The position numbers and the translations under genes are program-made. Positions 25,435-36,597 of a stretch of 64,000 bases of DNA are shown one piece after another. How positions within the stretch are numbered: the first letter of the stretch is position 1; every line of letters starts with the position of its first letter. The DNA is from Coniocarpon cinnabarinum (taxonomy: Eukaryota), in the NCBI GenBank assembly GCA_051942205.1, contig JAVECO010000030.1, positions 62,001 through 126,000 of the forward strand, written 5' to 3'. The notes under the pieces were generated by a model, which had not been told where the DNA came from, searched no databases, and was given only the letters and a program-made list of their open reading frames with translations.

Positions 25435-25605
25435 TCGCAAGGGCTACAGAAGCAGTCGCTGCAGGGTCCCAGTCTCAGTGGTGAGTCTTTGCGATAAGGA
25501 GGAAGTGGGTCACAAGGCTATGAGTACAGCGGCGAAGGGCCCCTTTTTCGCCAAGGATTGCTAGATTATGGTCTGGCAAGTCCTCTGCTACAAAACCTCG
25601 CTGGC
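25435..25605 (+). repeat. ~170-bp dispersed element, copy H
   Basis: CGCAAGGGCTACAGAAGCAGTCGCTGCAGGGTCCCAGTCTC...GGGTCACAAGGCTATGAGTACAGCGGCGAAGGGCCC...GATTATGGTCTGGCAAG. Confidence 0.8.
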
Positions 25606-25618
25606 CAAGTGCCTGCAC

Positions 25619-26548
25619 TCAATATGTTGCGGGGGCAATACTGATACGTCCGCCGTCTAAAAGTATTATTGCACCATTCAAATAGTCGCCCGCCTTTCCC
25701 AGAAGATAAAGAGCCACCCCAGCGATATCGTGCTTGGAGGCCCACCGCTCCGCTGGGATTTTGTCGCTCTTGACCTTGCCCTCTATAAACATATCTGGCC
25801 CAGCGCGGTCGGCTGTCATTTCGGATTCGAACATGCCTGGAGCGAAAACATTGACACGGATCCTAAAAGGGGCCAGATAAGTAGCCAGCTGCTTGGCAAG
25901 ATGCGTGACTCCGGCCTTTGATGCTGAATAGGCGAGATATCCAGTTGGGAGCCTGGAGAAACCTGCAATGGAGCTTGTGATGAGAATCTGGGGTCTTGGG
26001 GGAGGTGCAGGCGCGTCGACACTATCTTCGCGAGTCTGTTTGAGCATTTCGTCCCTCTTGCTCATGCCCTCGTCTAGCAGAGGAAGAAAAGCAAGCACGG
26101 TATAGAACACACCGGTCACATTGACTTGCAATGGCTCATTGAACTTCTCGATAGGTACGTCCCACATAGCTTTTGCAAAGGTCTTCGCATTCTCAGGTCG
26201 GCCACCTGGTGGCAATCCAGCGACGCATTCCGAGGGACTGACACCAGCGTTGGCGACGAGGATATCAATATGACCCTCTCGCTCACGCACTGCGTCCGCG
26301 CAACTGCTCAAAGACTCCTTGGACAAGACGTCGCATTGGAGCGGATGTATGCAGCTATGCGAGTCACTCGCAGCTGCTTCCTCCAACACCTGTAATCGCC
26401 GTCCAAGTATGTAAACACTCTTTGCCCCGTTCGCGGCAAGCGCTCTTGCAAAGGTTAGTCCAATACCTGTTCCGCCCCCTGTAATCACGGCGACTAAGTC
26501 TTTTACCGCGAAGAGATCCCGTGGATCGAATGATAAGGTGGAGGACAT
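25619..26548 (-). CDS. Short-chain dehydrogenase/reductase (intronless)
   Basis: TGGGTGIG, ANAG, YSASK and PG.F.SEMT motifs. Confidence 0.9.
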   Translation of the reverse strand: MSSTLSFDPRDLFAVKDLVAVITGGGTGIGLTFARALAANGAKSVYILGRRLQVLEEAAASDSHSCIHPLQCDVLSKESLSSCADAVREREGHIDILVANAGVSPSECVAGLPPGGRPENAKTFAKAMWDVPIEKFNEPLQVNVTGVFYTVLAFLPLLDEGMSKRDEMLKQTREDSVDAPAPPPRPQILITSSIAGFSRLPTGYLAYSASKAGVTHLAKQLATYLAPFRIRVNVFAPGMFESEMTADRAGPDMFIEGKVKSDKIPAERWASKHDIAGVALYLLGKAGDYLNGAIILLDGGRISIAPATY

Positions 26549-26590
26549 GCTCACGCGCAGTGATATCGGAAACAGCTCAATTCCGGCCCA

Positions 26591-26755
26591 CAGCGAGAGT
26601 CACGGACAGGGGTCGTTGCCGAAACCCAGTCCAGGCAGCAAGCCTCTACGATGAGAACATTGCCGGTCACAAAGCCATGGGTATATTGGCGGAGTACTCT
26701 TTTAGCTTGAAAAGCGCTGAATTATTCATGACCTTTGCGATCTTGCATGAGCTCT
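26591..26755 (+). repeat. ~170-bp dispersed element, copy I
   Basis: GGACAGGGGTCGTTGCCGAAACCCAGTCCAGGCAGCAAGCC...GGTCACAAAGCCATGGGTATATTGGCGG...GCGCTGAATTATT, with the same 105-nt GTCG-to-CTGAA spacing as copy F. Confidence 0.8.
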
Positions 26756-27027
26756 TCATTGAAGCCTAGGCTTGGCATTTGACGAGTTAGAGGCTATGCT
26801 TAGTCATCAAGATTCCAATGGCAAGCAAGCTCGGGCCACCGCGGGGTCGCGATGTCGGCGAAGGATGCAAAGTGAGTCGAATTTTGAGTCAGGAAGGGCG
26901 CGTGTCAACTTTCCCGTCTCAACTCACCCGATCTTTCGCATCTCTGGATGGCTATTACATCTGTGACACCAGCCTTGATATCGTTACGCCACAGACGGGC
27001 ACGGAGCAACGCTTGCCTGTAGTGAGC

Positions 27028-29141
27028 ATGCCGATGTAAGCAAGACTGCCCAGCGTGCGATTCTCTTGCGGATATTGAACTAAGCAATAGGCTCAAAGAT
27101 CCTTCGAAGAAATACAGGAGATTCAAGCCCCTCCATCTGCCAACCAGATCATGGCCCTCGAACTCTATCGAAAAAGTCCCGCGATGGCTGGCCACGGACC
27201 TTCGCGATGGGAACCAGTCTCTACCGGACCCAATGGACGGTGAGCAAAAGACGGAATACTTCAAGATGCTGGCGCGCATTGGGTACAAGGAAATTGAAAT
27301 ATCATATCCTGCAAGTGGCGACACAGACTACAACTTTACACGAGACCTGATCAGCACACCTGGGCTGGTGGCAGACGACGTGTGGCTACAGGTGCTCTCA
27401 CCATGTCGTAAAGACCTCATACGCAGAACGGTCGATAGCTTGAAAGGTGCTAAGAAAGCAATACTCCATCTCTACCTCGCAACTTCTCCGTGCTTTCAAC
27501 GCGTCGTGTTCAACATGGACAATACGCAGAGCTTGGCCTTGGCTGTGGCGTGCACAAAATACGCACGAAGTATAACAAAGGACGATCCAATGCAAGCTGC
27601 AACCGAGTGGCGATACGAGTTCAGCCCCGAGACGTTCAGTGACACCGATCCCGGATTCGCGGTGGAGGTGTGCGAGGCGGTGAAAGCAGCTTGGGGACCA
27701 TCAGAGCAAGAGAAGATCATTTTCAATCTGCCAGCGACGGTGGAGATGTCGACTCCGAACGTGTTTGCAGATCAAATCGAGTATTTCTGCACGAATCTTA
27801 CGGAACGAGAAAAGGTGTGCGTGTCGGTTCACACACATAACGACCGCGGATGCGCCGTTGCCGCAGCTGAGCTAGCCCAGATGGCGGGTGCCGATCGCGT
27901 CGAGGGAACGTTATTCGGTAACGGCGAAAGGACAGGAAACGTCGATCTTGTCACGCTCGCACTAAATTTATACTCACAAGGCATTCACCCAGGCATTGAC
28001 TTCTCCGACATCAACGCCCTAATCGACATCGTGGAAAAGTCCAACAAGATACCCGTCCATCAAAGGGCACCATACGGAGGCGAGCTCGTCGTGTGTGCCT
28101 TCAGTGGCAGCCATCAGGACGCCATCAATAAAGGTTTCAAGGATCGCAAAGTCCAAGGTCTAGGATCAGAAGACCCGTGGCAAATCCCATACTTGCCTAT
28201 TGATCCACGGTTAGCGACATGCAAGCCCTTCGTATCCGTCTTCGCATATTGCTGACTAGAATTGAACAGAGACCTTGGCAGAAACTACGAAGCCGTCATT
28301 CGCGTCAATTCGCAATCAGGCAAAGGCGGCATTGCTTGGATCATCCAGCGTACGCTCGATCTCGACCTTCCGCGCGGTCTTCAAGTTGCCTTCTCCAAGA
28401 TTGTCCAACGTCGCGCCGACGAAATCGGCCGCGAGCTGCTACCTCAAGAGATCAAGACGCTGTTCGAAGAAGCTTACATCCGTTCGCCACGCCTAACGCT
28501 TGTGGACTATGACCTCACCTCCGATCGCTCGGCTAGCCCAGCAAGGGTCCAGGGACGGGTACCCAAGAATGAGAACTACAAACGTCTGTTCAGTGGGACA
28601 ATCGAGCTGGATGGAGAGCAATACAACATCAAGGGAACGGGCAACGGCCCGCTCTCGTCACTGGCGAATGCTCTGCAGACGTTGGATGTGCATGTGGATG
28701 TGGCGGAGTACAAAGAACACGCATTGACGGACAGCAAGGATAGTAAACGACTGGCCGCGGCGTATGTCCAGCTGGTGTCGACCCAAGGCAAGGAGAGGAC
28801 AGAGTGGGGTCTGGGTCTCAACGCCGATGGTGAGTGCAATAGAATGCTGCCATGGAGATATGTATGCTAACGACACGTGCAGTCACGCAAGCTGGTCTTG
28901 GTGCCATGTTGAGTGCTGCCGCTTTGGTAAGTCCCCCTCCACATGATCGACGGAAGTCGAGTCCGCTTTTTTGCTGACTGTCTGCCAGTTTATGTCTTCA
29001 ACAGAAGATGTCAAGAAAAGTCACGCAAACGGCGAGATGAGAGGCAGGAAAATGGCTACGAATCTTGAGGTGCCCTCGGTGCCCAGTGCCTTCCCAAGGC
29101 AGCAGCCAAATAGCGTGTCTGCGACGGCGGGGGCTCCATAG
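27028..29141 (+). CDS. LEU4: 2-isopropylmalate synthase
   Basis: MPMLKDPSKKY start (8-nt first exon), TDLRDGNQ, FSPETFSD, HTHNDRG, GNGERTGN, SGSHQDAI, IRVNSQSGKGG, GNGP regulatory domain. Confidence 0.95.
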
Positions 29142-29405
29142 CGATGGCAGCATGGCACGCGTATTCCTGAATTCAAAGAACATCGTGAAGTGCGTTTAGA
29201 CGCCTCCTGTCATTCATTCTCATGCTCGCATCGCCATCTGGCGATGCTTGAGCTTCGTAAGTCGTCTAGATATGCCTTTCATGCAGCTCGGTGACGACGC
29301 ACCGTTAGATGATGTATTGATGCGCTTGAAGATCGCATCCTTGCGCCTGTCGGCAGTAACTAACCGGGGGATAGCCACATCATGCTTCCGTGTGGTCATC
29401 CGTGC

Positions 29406-31682
29406 TCACTCCCACTTCGTCTCCACAGAACCCAACTTCCGGCCTTTAATTTCCAGAGCAAACTCAAAACCCGCGGAAATTGCAGTGAGTGTGAGACTGT
29501 AGTTGACAACGTAGTACATGTTTCCGTCGCGGCCCTTTCGAGACGCGAGCTGGCGCTTCGTCAGCGCCCTTAGATCAGATTTCACAGTGCAATGCTTCTC
29601 CGTCAGGCCTGGTGTAGGATATACCGGGGCGTTGAAGCTCTCGCTGGTAATGAGCCTGTCGTGGAAGATGAGATCGTCCTTGCCGAATCCCCTTGGAAGC
29701 TCGCGATAGAACGGAAAACTGACTTTTTTATCCCTCTCCAGCTCCTGACCCTTACCAATGTACCAGGTCATCTAATTTAAGTCAGCAACCGCGTTCTTTC
29801 CGTCACTCGCGGTCAGATTTACTTACTTTGTGTATACGGTCTTCACCGGTGAAGGCATCGAACCATCGCGGCTCGCCGGCGTCACTCGTTGCGTCGTAAG
29901 TACAGTGAGCCGACACGCCCCAATGCTTCTTGGAGACACTCTTGGTCACAGTCGCCTGCTGTGGCATCATACTAAGCACTGCGCCTCTGACAATAGCCGA
30001 CCAGGCATCCAGTGGCTGAATCACTTCAAGTCGAGGAAACTTTTGCATCAAACGTTGCTTGAGGTACATGCTTGCCCCGAAACCACCGACAAGCATTATG
30101 GCACGAGGCTCCTTGGATTGCTGAAACGTGCGTTTGATGCGGATATTGTTCACCTGCTTTTCCACTAGCTTTTCGATCTGCAAGATGACGGGAGCAAAAA
30201 ATCGCTTGAGGTCACGACTACGCCTCTGGTTAGCAAGGTCACCACCAACAAAAATCAACATCACACACCCTTGCAAGCTCCAGACGGAATCTTCCAACCC
30301 GTTTTCAATCTGATCAATTAACTTCGCCATTGGAAACGAGACCAGGTGAAGCTCATCATCAGTGCCTTTGAATTGGGGCTTCACACTTCGATCGAAATGT
30401 CTCTTCGCATCTTCCCAGCCGGTTTTCTTCTTGAGCGCATGAAATTCACCTTCTCCGATCATGGCGCATAGTCCGCGCTCAAACTCTTTGTTGACAAAAA
30501 CAGAACCCGCCATTGCCCGTAGGCAGGAGTGTGTCAGCAACAGGCACTTTTGCAGGCCTGATGGCAAACTCACCACTAGGCTCGACTAGCTCTACGAGTT
30601 GGAGACGGGGTACAAGGCTTTGTACTTCGTAAGATATAAGGTCTACGGTGCCGCCACCTGCATCGCAAACCACAAATGCGTCACCGATCTAAGTTGGGTG
30701 AGCGTCGAAGTTTGTTTTAAAGGTAATGTGAGAACATACTTTCAGGGAGAAGTTTGACATCTGATTAAGTGTGTACAACGCAGCCGCCTCCGGCTCAGTA
30801 ATGAGACGGGCCGGTTGGACCCCTGCAGCCTTTGCAGCCTGAAAGGTGAGTAGTTGTAAGTATGAGAGCCTTTAGGATCGCTCAAAGCTGCAGGTTCTGA
30901 CCTTGAGAGTGACATCTTTGGCCCGATCAGTCCAGACTGCTGGGACTGTGACGATGAACTTCTTTTCACACATGTCCATGCATTCCTTCGGAACCTTTGT
31001 GGCAATGTAGGAAAGTGCATGTTCGTACAGCGCTCGAATATAATCGGAGGTTACCTCCGCGACAGATTTACTCAAGCTTTTGAGCTGCGCTGCACAATGA
31101 TTGCTTGCGCCGTTTTGAGACTTGTTCTCCTCTTCGTCGAGAAGAAGTTTAAAATTTTCGACAATGGGGCCGACATGTCCTTGTGCCCCCCACGTGAACT
31201 TTGTGTTTTGATGGTCGTACGCAACGATTGTCGGTATCTAATGTGCGTTAGCTATGCTAGTCCCGGTGCTTGGTGCGTCCATGCTTCTTGAAGTGAGTAT
31301 TGACTACGAAACCTTCACTTACTTTTGGTTGAATGTAACCCTCAATCCCTGAGCATGGTTAGACTGATTGCGGCGATAGCCCTGTGAAAGTGTCACAAAC
31401 CTGGCCAACTCGTGACAGCGACGATCTCTGGATCGTCCTTGTACACGAATGAAAAGGCAACACCCGAATACTGTGTGATCCATAGTCAGCAGCACACTCG
31501 TCACAAGATGTGCACATCGCTGTAGTCTTCCACTTCTTGAAAGTATGTCTAGGAGACTCACGGAAGTTCCGAAATCAATTCCCACTATCAATTGGGTCCT
31601 TGGCTTACCCCGGTTTCTGAGCAGGCATTAGCACAACAGACAGCAGCGTTGATCGTCTGACTTACTTATTCGCTTCAGACAT
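29406..31682 (-). CDS. Hsp70-family actin-like ATPase (HSPA12-like fungal subfamily), multi-exon
   Basis: IVGIDFGTT, TVPAVW, EPEAAA, VCDAGGGTVDL and LVGGFGASMYL motifs; lacks a classical substrate-binding domain/EEVD. Confidence 0.85.
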
Positions 31683-32002
31683 ATCATGAGAGGTCTTCGC
31701 CTTTTTGAATGGAGGTTGATCCATTGCTGATGATTTGTATCATCCGAAAGGACCTACAGGGTGCCTATTGTCGAAGAACGAGTGCGTGCAGGTCAGTAGA
31801 AAAGAGCGTGAACAAGTGAGGGTGACGAATATGCAAGATGTTACACAAGCCCTGCTTCACCTGCAGGCACGGACCTTCTTGCCCATCTCACTCTCTGCTA
31901 TCAGTGCAAGCTGCAAAGCTTGGCGCAGGGGCCCCTTCGTCCCTTGCATTCAACAGCTTCTCTTTCTTGACCTCTGCCACTAATCGTGTTTCCATCAACA
32001 GC

Positions 32003-33484
32003 ATGGCACACGAGCATATGCAAACGCGGGACACAGACCCCGTGCCAAAGGTTCAAGAGACGCCAGCAAGGCGGCATTGTTCGCCTCAAATACAACGATT
32101 TAGATCCCGGTCCCCAGCCATGCACAATACATCGAACCAAACAGCTTCCACTCTTGAGCGAGCTATGGAGCAAAATGACGCTCCAGTCAATAACGAAGTC
32201 GTTTCGGCTTCACCAAGTGCGGCATCCAAAGTGAGTCTGATTTTGAGCTCGCTCTTTATGTAATGCTATTATCGTCCTTATAAATGGACACCTCGACATG
32301 TCTTTGCTAATGATTTCAAAAGCTTGTCTGGTTTTCATCTGTTTTCAACTTTATCGGTAGCAATGACAATGAACACATCCAAGCCCAGCTCAAAGAAGCT
32401 CAGAAAACAAACCAAGAGCTTCAACAAGCTTGTAGAGACCTACAAGAATCAAACAATGCATTGAAGTCCAAGTGCACGCAGGCTCACGAGGAGACAAAAT
32501 CGCTCATTCAGCAGCTCAATAGTTCTCACTTTGAACAGGCCGATCTTCGTCGAGAAGTGCAGTGCCTGAATGAAGTGGTGAGTCCACAATTCTGAGTTGC
32601 TCGGTCCTACCTTGGTCCCTTCTTGTCCTCTGAGGATACAATACTAACGATGATGCCAGCTAGTGAGAAATAGCGTAAATGAAAACGAGCCCAACGATCA
32701 GGAGCTAGTTGATGCTTTCAATGACATTGTCAACGAAATCCAGAAAATCAGCTTCCAGTCAATTTTGCGGGATTCAGCCGTTAGTACTGATAAATCGCCG
32801 CAGCATGTCAGAGACTTCTACTCTAAAGCAGTGGACTCTTGTGGAGCAAAACCCAAATATATGCGGTGGCAGCTTCGAGCAAAGATCTTCGATGTTTTGA
32901 GGATCGAGATTTTGAATCAGCCTTATTTTGGCTTTCCTGGACATTCTGATGTATCGTTGAGCACTTTGGAGCAGAAAATTGCTCGAGGTAAGCAACTTCG
33001 TGGCTCCAGACGGATTTTCTTAACAGCATCTCTAGAAGACGCAGGCGCGGTTGCGCCGTGGCGCAAGCAAATGATTGACTGCGCCAAAAAATTGGGAGCA
33101 TATGGAAATGGGAGCAGAATGGTTAAGAGGACGAATGGCCGACTCTTCTCGTACATTGACTGTCTTGGGCATCTCAGCTTCGCGACCAAGGCAAGGATTA
33201 ACAAGGAGTTGCATAGCTTGTGCGAAAAATCATTTCGTCTCATGCTACTGATGAGGAATAGTCAGTCCGATGTCGAAGTTTTCACGGTTTCCCCAGGCCG
33301 TCCAATTGATGCCAACGACGAAAAGGATCTGAAAGTCATTGGGGCCGAAGATGGAGCTCTGACTGAAGAAGATATCTCGAGATCGAAAGTCGCTTATGCC
33401 GTGGCTGGTGGACTTTGCAAGGTCAATTTCAGGGCAAAGCGACGCATTGTCCTCGAAAAGGCCTTAGTCATTTTTGAGCAATAA
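32003..33484 (+). CDS. Hypothetical coiled-coil protein with GrpE/MIEAP-like C-terminus
   Basis: Exons ~32003-32230, ~32323-32576 (heptad-rich) and ~32660-33484; ends VAYAVAGGLCK...RIVLEKALV. Confidence 0.6.
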
Positions 33485-33624
33485 GTAACTCTCCCCCAGG
33501 CATTGCTCAAGAAGGAATCGTTTCAAAGACCAGTCTCAACGCGCAAAGTCGATGTAGATGTGTTAGATGTCTGCCACGCAGGCCCAAGTAGCTTTGAAGA
33601 ATCGCAAATCACAATGCGCAGAGC

Positions 33625-35396
33625 TCAGAGTTTACCTAATTGACCTTGCTTCAATCTTGCTAAGCCCTTCGAGATTGCGTCAGTCATAGATGTGACGCTC
33701 TGATCAAAAGTCGTGAGCTCATACCTCTTGAAAACAGGAAGCTACCAAACGCCCATCTTTTGTCCAAATTCGTTGGACGACAAATCCTAACGTCTCAGTC
33801 AGCAGAATGATTTTTGTCCGCAAAGGTCCCAGGAGCTCACCCCTGCCATCTCCAGCCTACACAAGTTTTAGTAGTTTTCTCAAGATGCTAGTTCGAGAAA
33901 TGACATACCCACGGTGTTTGCATTTCGCTAAGAAGCCAGTCGTCTGCCGCAAAATCTTTTGGCCTATGGAAGTAAATCGTATGGTCCTGCTCAGATGGTT
34001 AGCAGGTGTTTTCGGATGCTTATGCCTCATGCTGCTTCCCAATGACACCATCATGCCAATCTCTTTTCTTTGATCCACATTCTCATCGTGGCCGCCATTG
34101 CTTTGTCGTATCTTCTCGCTCACATATTTGCTATTCGACGCGTTCTGGTTCTTGTCGGGTTTGGGCGGGCTTCGCCATGTCCTGTGTGCTCGACCGACGG
34201 TCCTGCGATCCAGCGCTTATCAGCTTGGGCTTCACAAGCACATCGAACAGGCGGAAGACTGTACCCGATGAAGAACGAGTCTGAGATGTATGCAAGAGCG
34301 TTGAGGTGAGCCCTGTAGCCCCTGGATTTGACCTATCAGCATACTGAAACTCGTTACAAGCGATCAGGGACATAGAGCGCGGATTCCAACGTCTCATAAG
34401 TGTCCAACTTCGAGCGTAAGCCTGAAGCCGGTGCTTCCTGTGCAAGACTTCCAACAGCACCCGCGGCAAGGGCACTGCGCTCAATAGGGGCTTGCAGAGC
34501 TTGAAAATCCAACGTTATTTACGTTGGAGAACGCATGGCCACGCTTTAGGCTTTCCCTCAGACACCGTCCTGGCAATATTTTCGACGCAAGCTAGGCTAG
34601 CATTGCGCAGGACCGCACAATGGAAAACACATAGGATGAGGATAATAATCCACCCGCGCAGGAAGCTTTTTGGCGAAGAGGGCTGCTTACCCTTGCTTGC
34701 TGATCCTTCCTCGGGCTCGCAGCCAGCTCCGCGTCCGTACTGCTTCAGGATCGACACCACCTGGTACGACAACGTCGAGGTGTTGGCTCTCAAAAGGGCC
34801 GTTGCGCAAAAGCGTTGCTTCCGTCTCGTCCTCCATTGGTGGTGGAACATCTGGCATTGGAGTCTGATGTTCTAACGTCACAGCACCGCCAGAGCCTTCT
34901 TTCATGAAACTGAGGGTTGTTGTGAAAATGGCTGCGTCTTGCTGGCGAGCCTGCACAGTACGTGTTGAAAAGCTGTTGCCGTCTCTGACTCTCTCCACAT
35001 TGTATATAAGGGGTATGTCGGCGTTGCCGGCAAGAATCTGCAACACCCGTCTCAGCTATTGCTTGTGTAGCGTGTAGTGCACGAAGCAGAGCTCACAAAA
35101 TACTTGATATCCACAGTCAGCATCGTCGCATCTTATCGAGTCTCGGTCAAAGCCCTAGCACATACAGCGTGTAGGCTATGGACAAGGAAATCATCCGGAA
35201 CAGTCTGCTGCGCAGCGGACAGGCATTGTGCGATTACGGCGCCGCCATACACACCGCGAGCGCCGGGAGGATGCCAAAGCGGCCTTGTGTTGGTGAAGAG
35301 ATTAGGCGATATGTCTTTCAAGGAGCGCAGTTGCAGAGTATTTTCCATCACGCTCAATGACGGATCGTCTGGGGGGGGCCGCAACAAGGTAGCCAT
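33625..35396 (-). CDS. TES1: Acyl-CoA thioesterase II (ACOT8/TesB family), multi-exon, C-terminal GKL
   Basis: RGVYGGAVIAQ, HSLHAYFILAG, RVRDGNSFSTR, AHLNALAYISDSFFIG and MMVSL motifs. Confidence 0.9.
34408..34671 (+). ncRNA. Candidate structured RNA (unassigned) antisense within the 369-nt TES1 intron
   Basis: Nested complementary segments forming a long Y-shaped fold, G-U pairs favouring the + strand, followed by TTTTT; no known-family motif recognised. Confidence 0.4.
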
Positions 35397-35973
35397 CAAT
35401 GGTACAGTACGGAAAAGGATGTGCGACCAAATGAGAGGGCAAGATGAGCGTCAGAAGGTCACAAGCACAACGGACGTTAATGTAGTCTCCAAGGAAAAAA
35501 ACAATATTTGAAGACGTCGACGGCACCAGTACGCGGGCAAGGCGTCTAGCCGAGGCTCATCTTGTCCGAGCACGTGGTTTCATCTCCGTTAGCAACGCGG
35601 CGAGACACCGTCCATTGACAAAGAAGTCGATCTAGAGGTCTGAGGACTTGCCAGCCAACGCAGCCGCAAAGCAGGCTGAAGACTTACGGTGGTATAGGAT
35701 CTCCATGCACAGGGTCGGGCAATGCCGTTGCGTGAAACAGGCGGATTGCACCTGCAATTCCTACGAGAAGTGGAGCTGACTGCAATAGCATGCAAATCGC
35801 GCTACTGGAAGCGTTGTGGTAGGTAGGCGAGTTGGATGAGAGTCTTTCCTAGCTTGCTACAGGATTGTCTTTGATGAGTAGAGAGCAGAGCGCGGCGAAC
35901 TCCCCTCGGCCCACTGGCTTGCACACCTGACGATGCTAGACGTAGCAGAGGGGGCTGTAGGAAGGCGGGGTGG

Positions 35974-36150
35974 CGGCAAGGGTGAGGGACAAAAGTCGTT
36001 GCCGGATCTCAGTCTAGGCGACGAGCCCGTGAGCCCATACGATGAGAACAATTGATGTCACATAGCTATCAGCAAAACCGCGAAAGCGCCTCGCGACTCA
36101 TAAGACGTTGAATTATTGTGCGGCAAGTACTTCTCTGAAGGGCCCTTGCG
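35974..36150 (+). repeat. ~170-bp dispersed element, copy J
   Basis: CGGCAAGGGTGAGGGACAAAAGTCGTTGCCGGATCTCAGTCTAGGCGACGAGCCCGT...GCTATCAGCAAAACCGCGAAAGCG...GACGTTGAATTATTGTGCGGCAAG...CCCTTGC. Confidence 0.9.
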
Positions 36151-36597
36151 GGGGATGGGAGACGCCAAACGCCCGCCCGCCCAACCCCCAAATTGGGGCG
36201 TTGAGACCCCGGGCTTTGCGTGTAACTGCCAGGGTCTCGCCGGGCTGAGACGCCGCTGCACACTAGGTACGGAGTATCGGACGGCGAATGCAAGGCGAGG
36301 TTGTGCACCACTGGATCGTGTCTCGCATCGCATTGGCTTCTCATGCGCCTTCAACCCACCGCCGATCAGCTCCTCTCGAGTCGAACAACACCAACACAAC
36401 ACCTCAGTCTCCAGTGATCGCAGGTCTTGCGCTGGCATCGTAGAGGGTGTCGACCGTTCCAATTTTCATCCAGCCCCAAGAGCATTTCAAAGACGTATCC
36501 CCCTTCCAACGCTTCTCAATGGCGCATGCCGTTCCCATGCTGGTAGATAAATAGACCCGCGGGTTGTCATTGGACAGGAGGTCCCACCGCGTTCACC

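Noticed and set aside
29110..29175. GCGACGGCGGGGG..CTGAATT resembling the element core
   Set aside because: It overlaps the last LEU4 exon and the spacing does not fit.
34408..34671. Assignment of the intronic fold to SRP RNA, RNase P/MRP, snRNA or a TPP riboswitch
   Set aside because: Size and Y shape recall SRP RNA, but the helix 6/8 GNRA-type loops, the P4 motifs, U1/U2/U5/U6 signatures and the TPP aptamer motifs are not seen; left unassigned.
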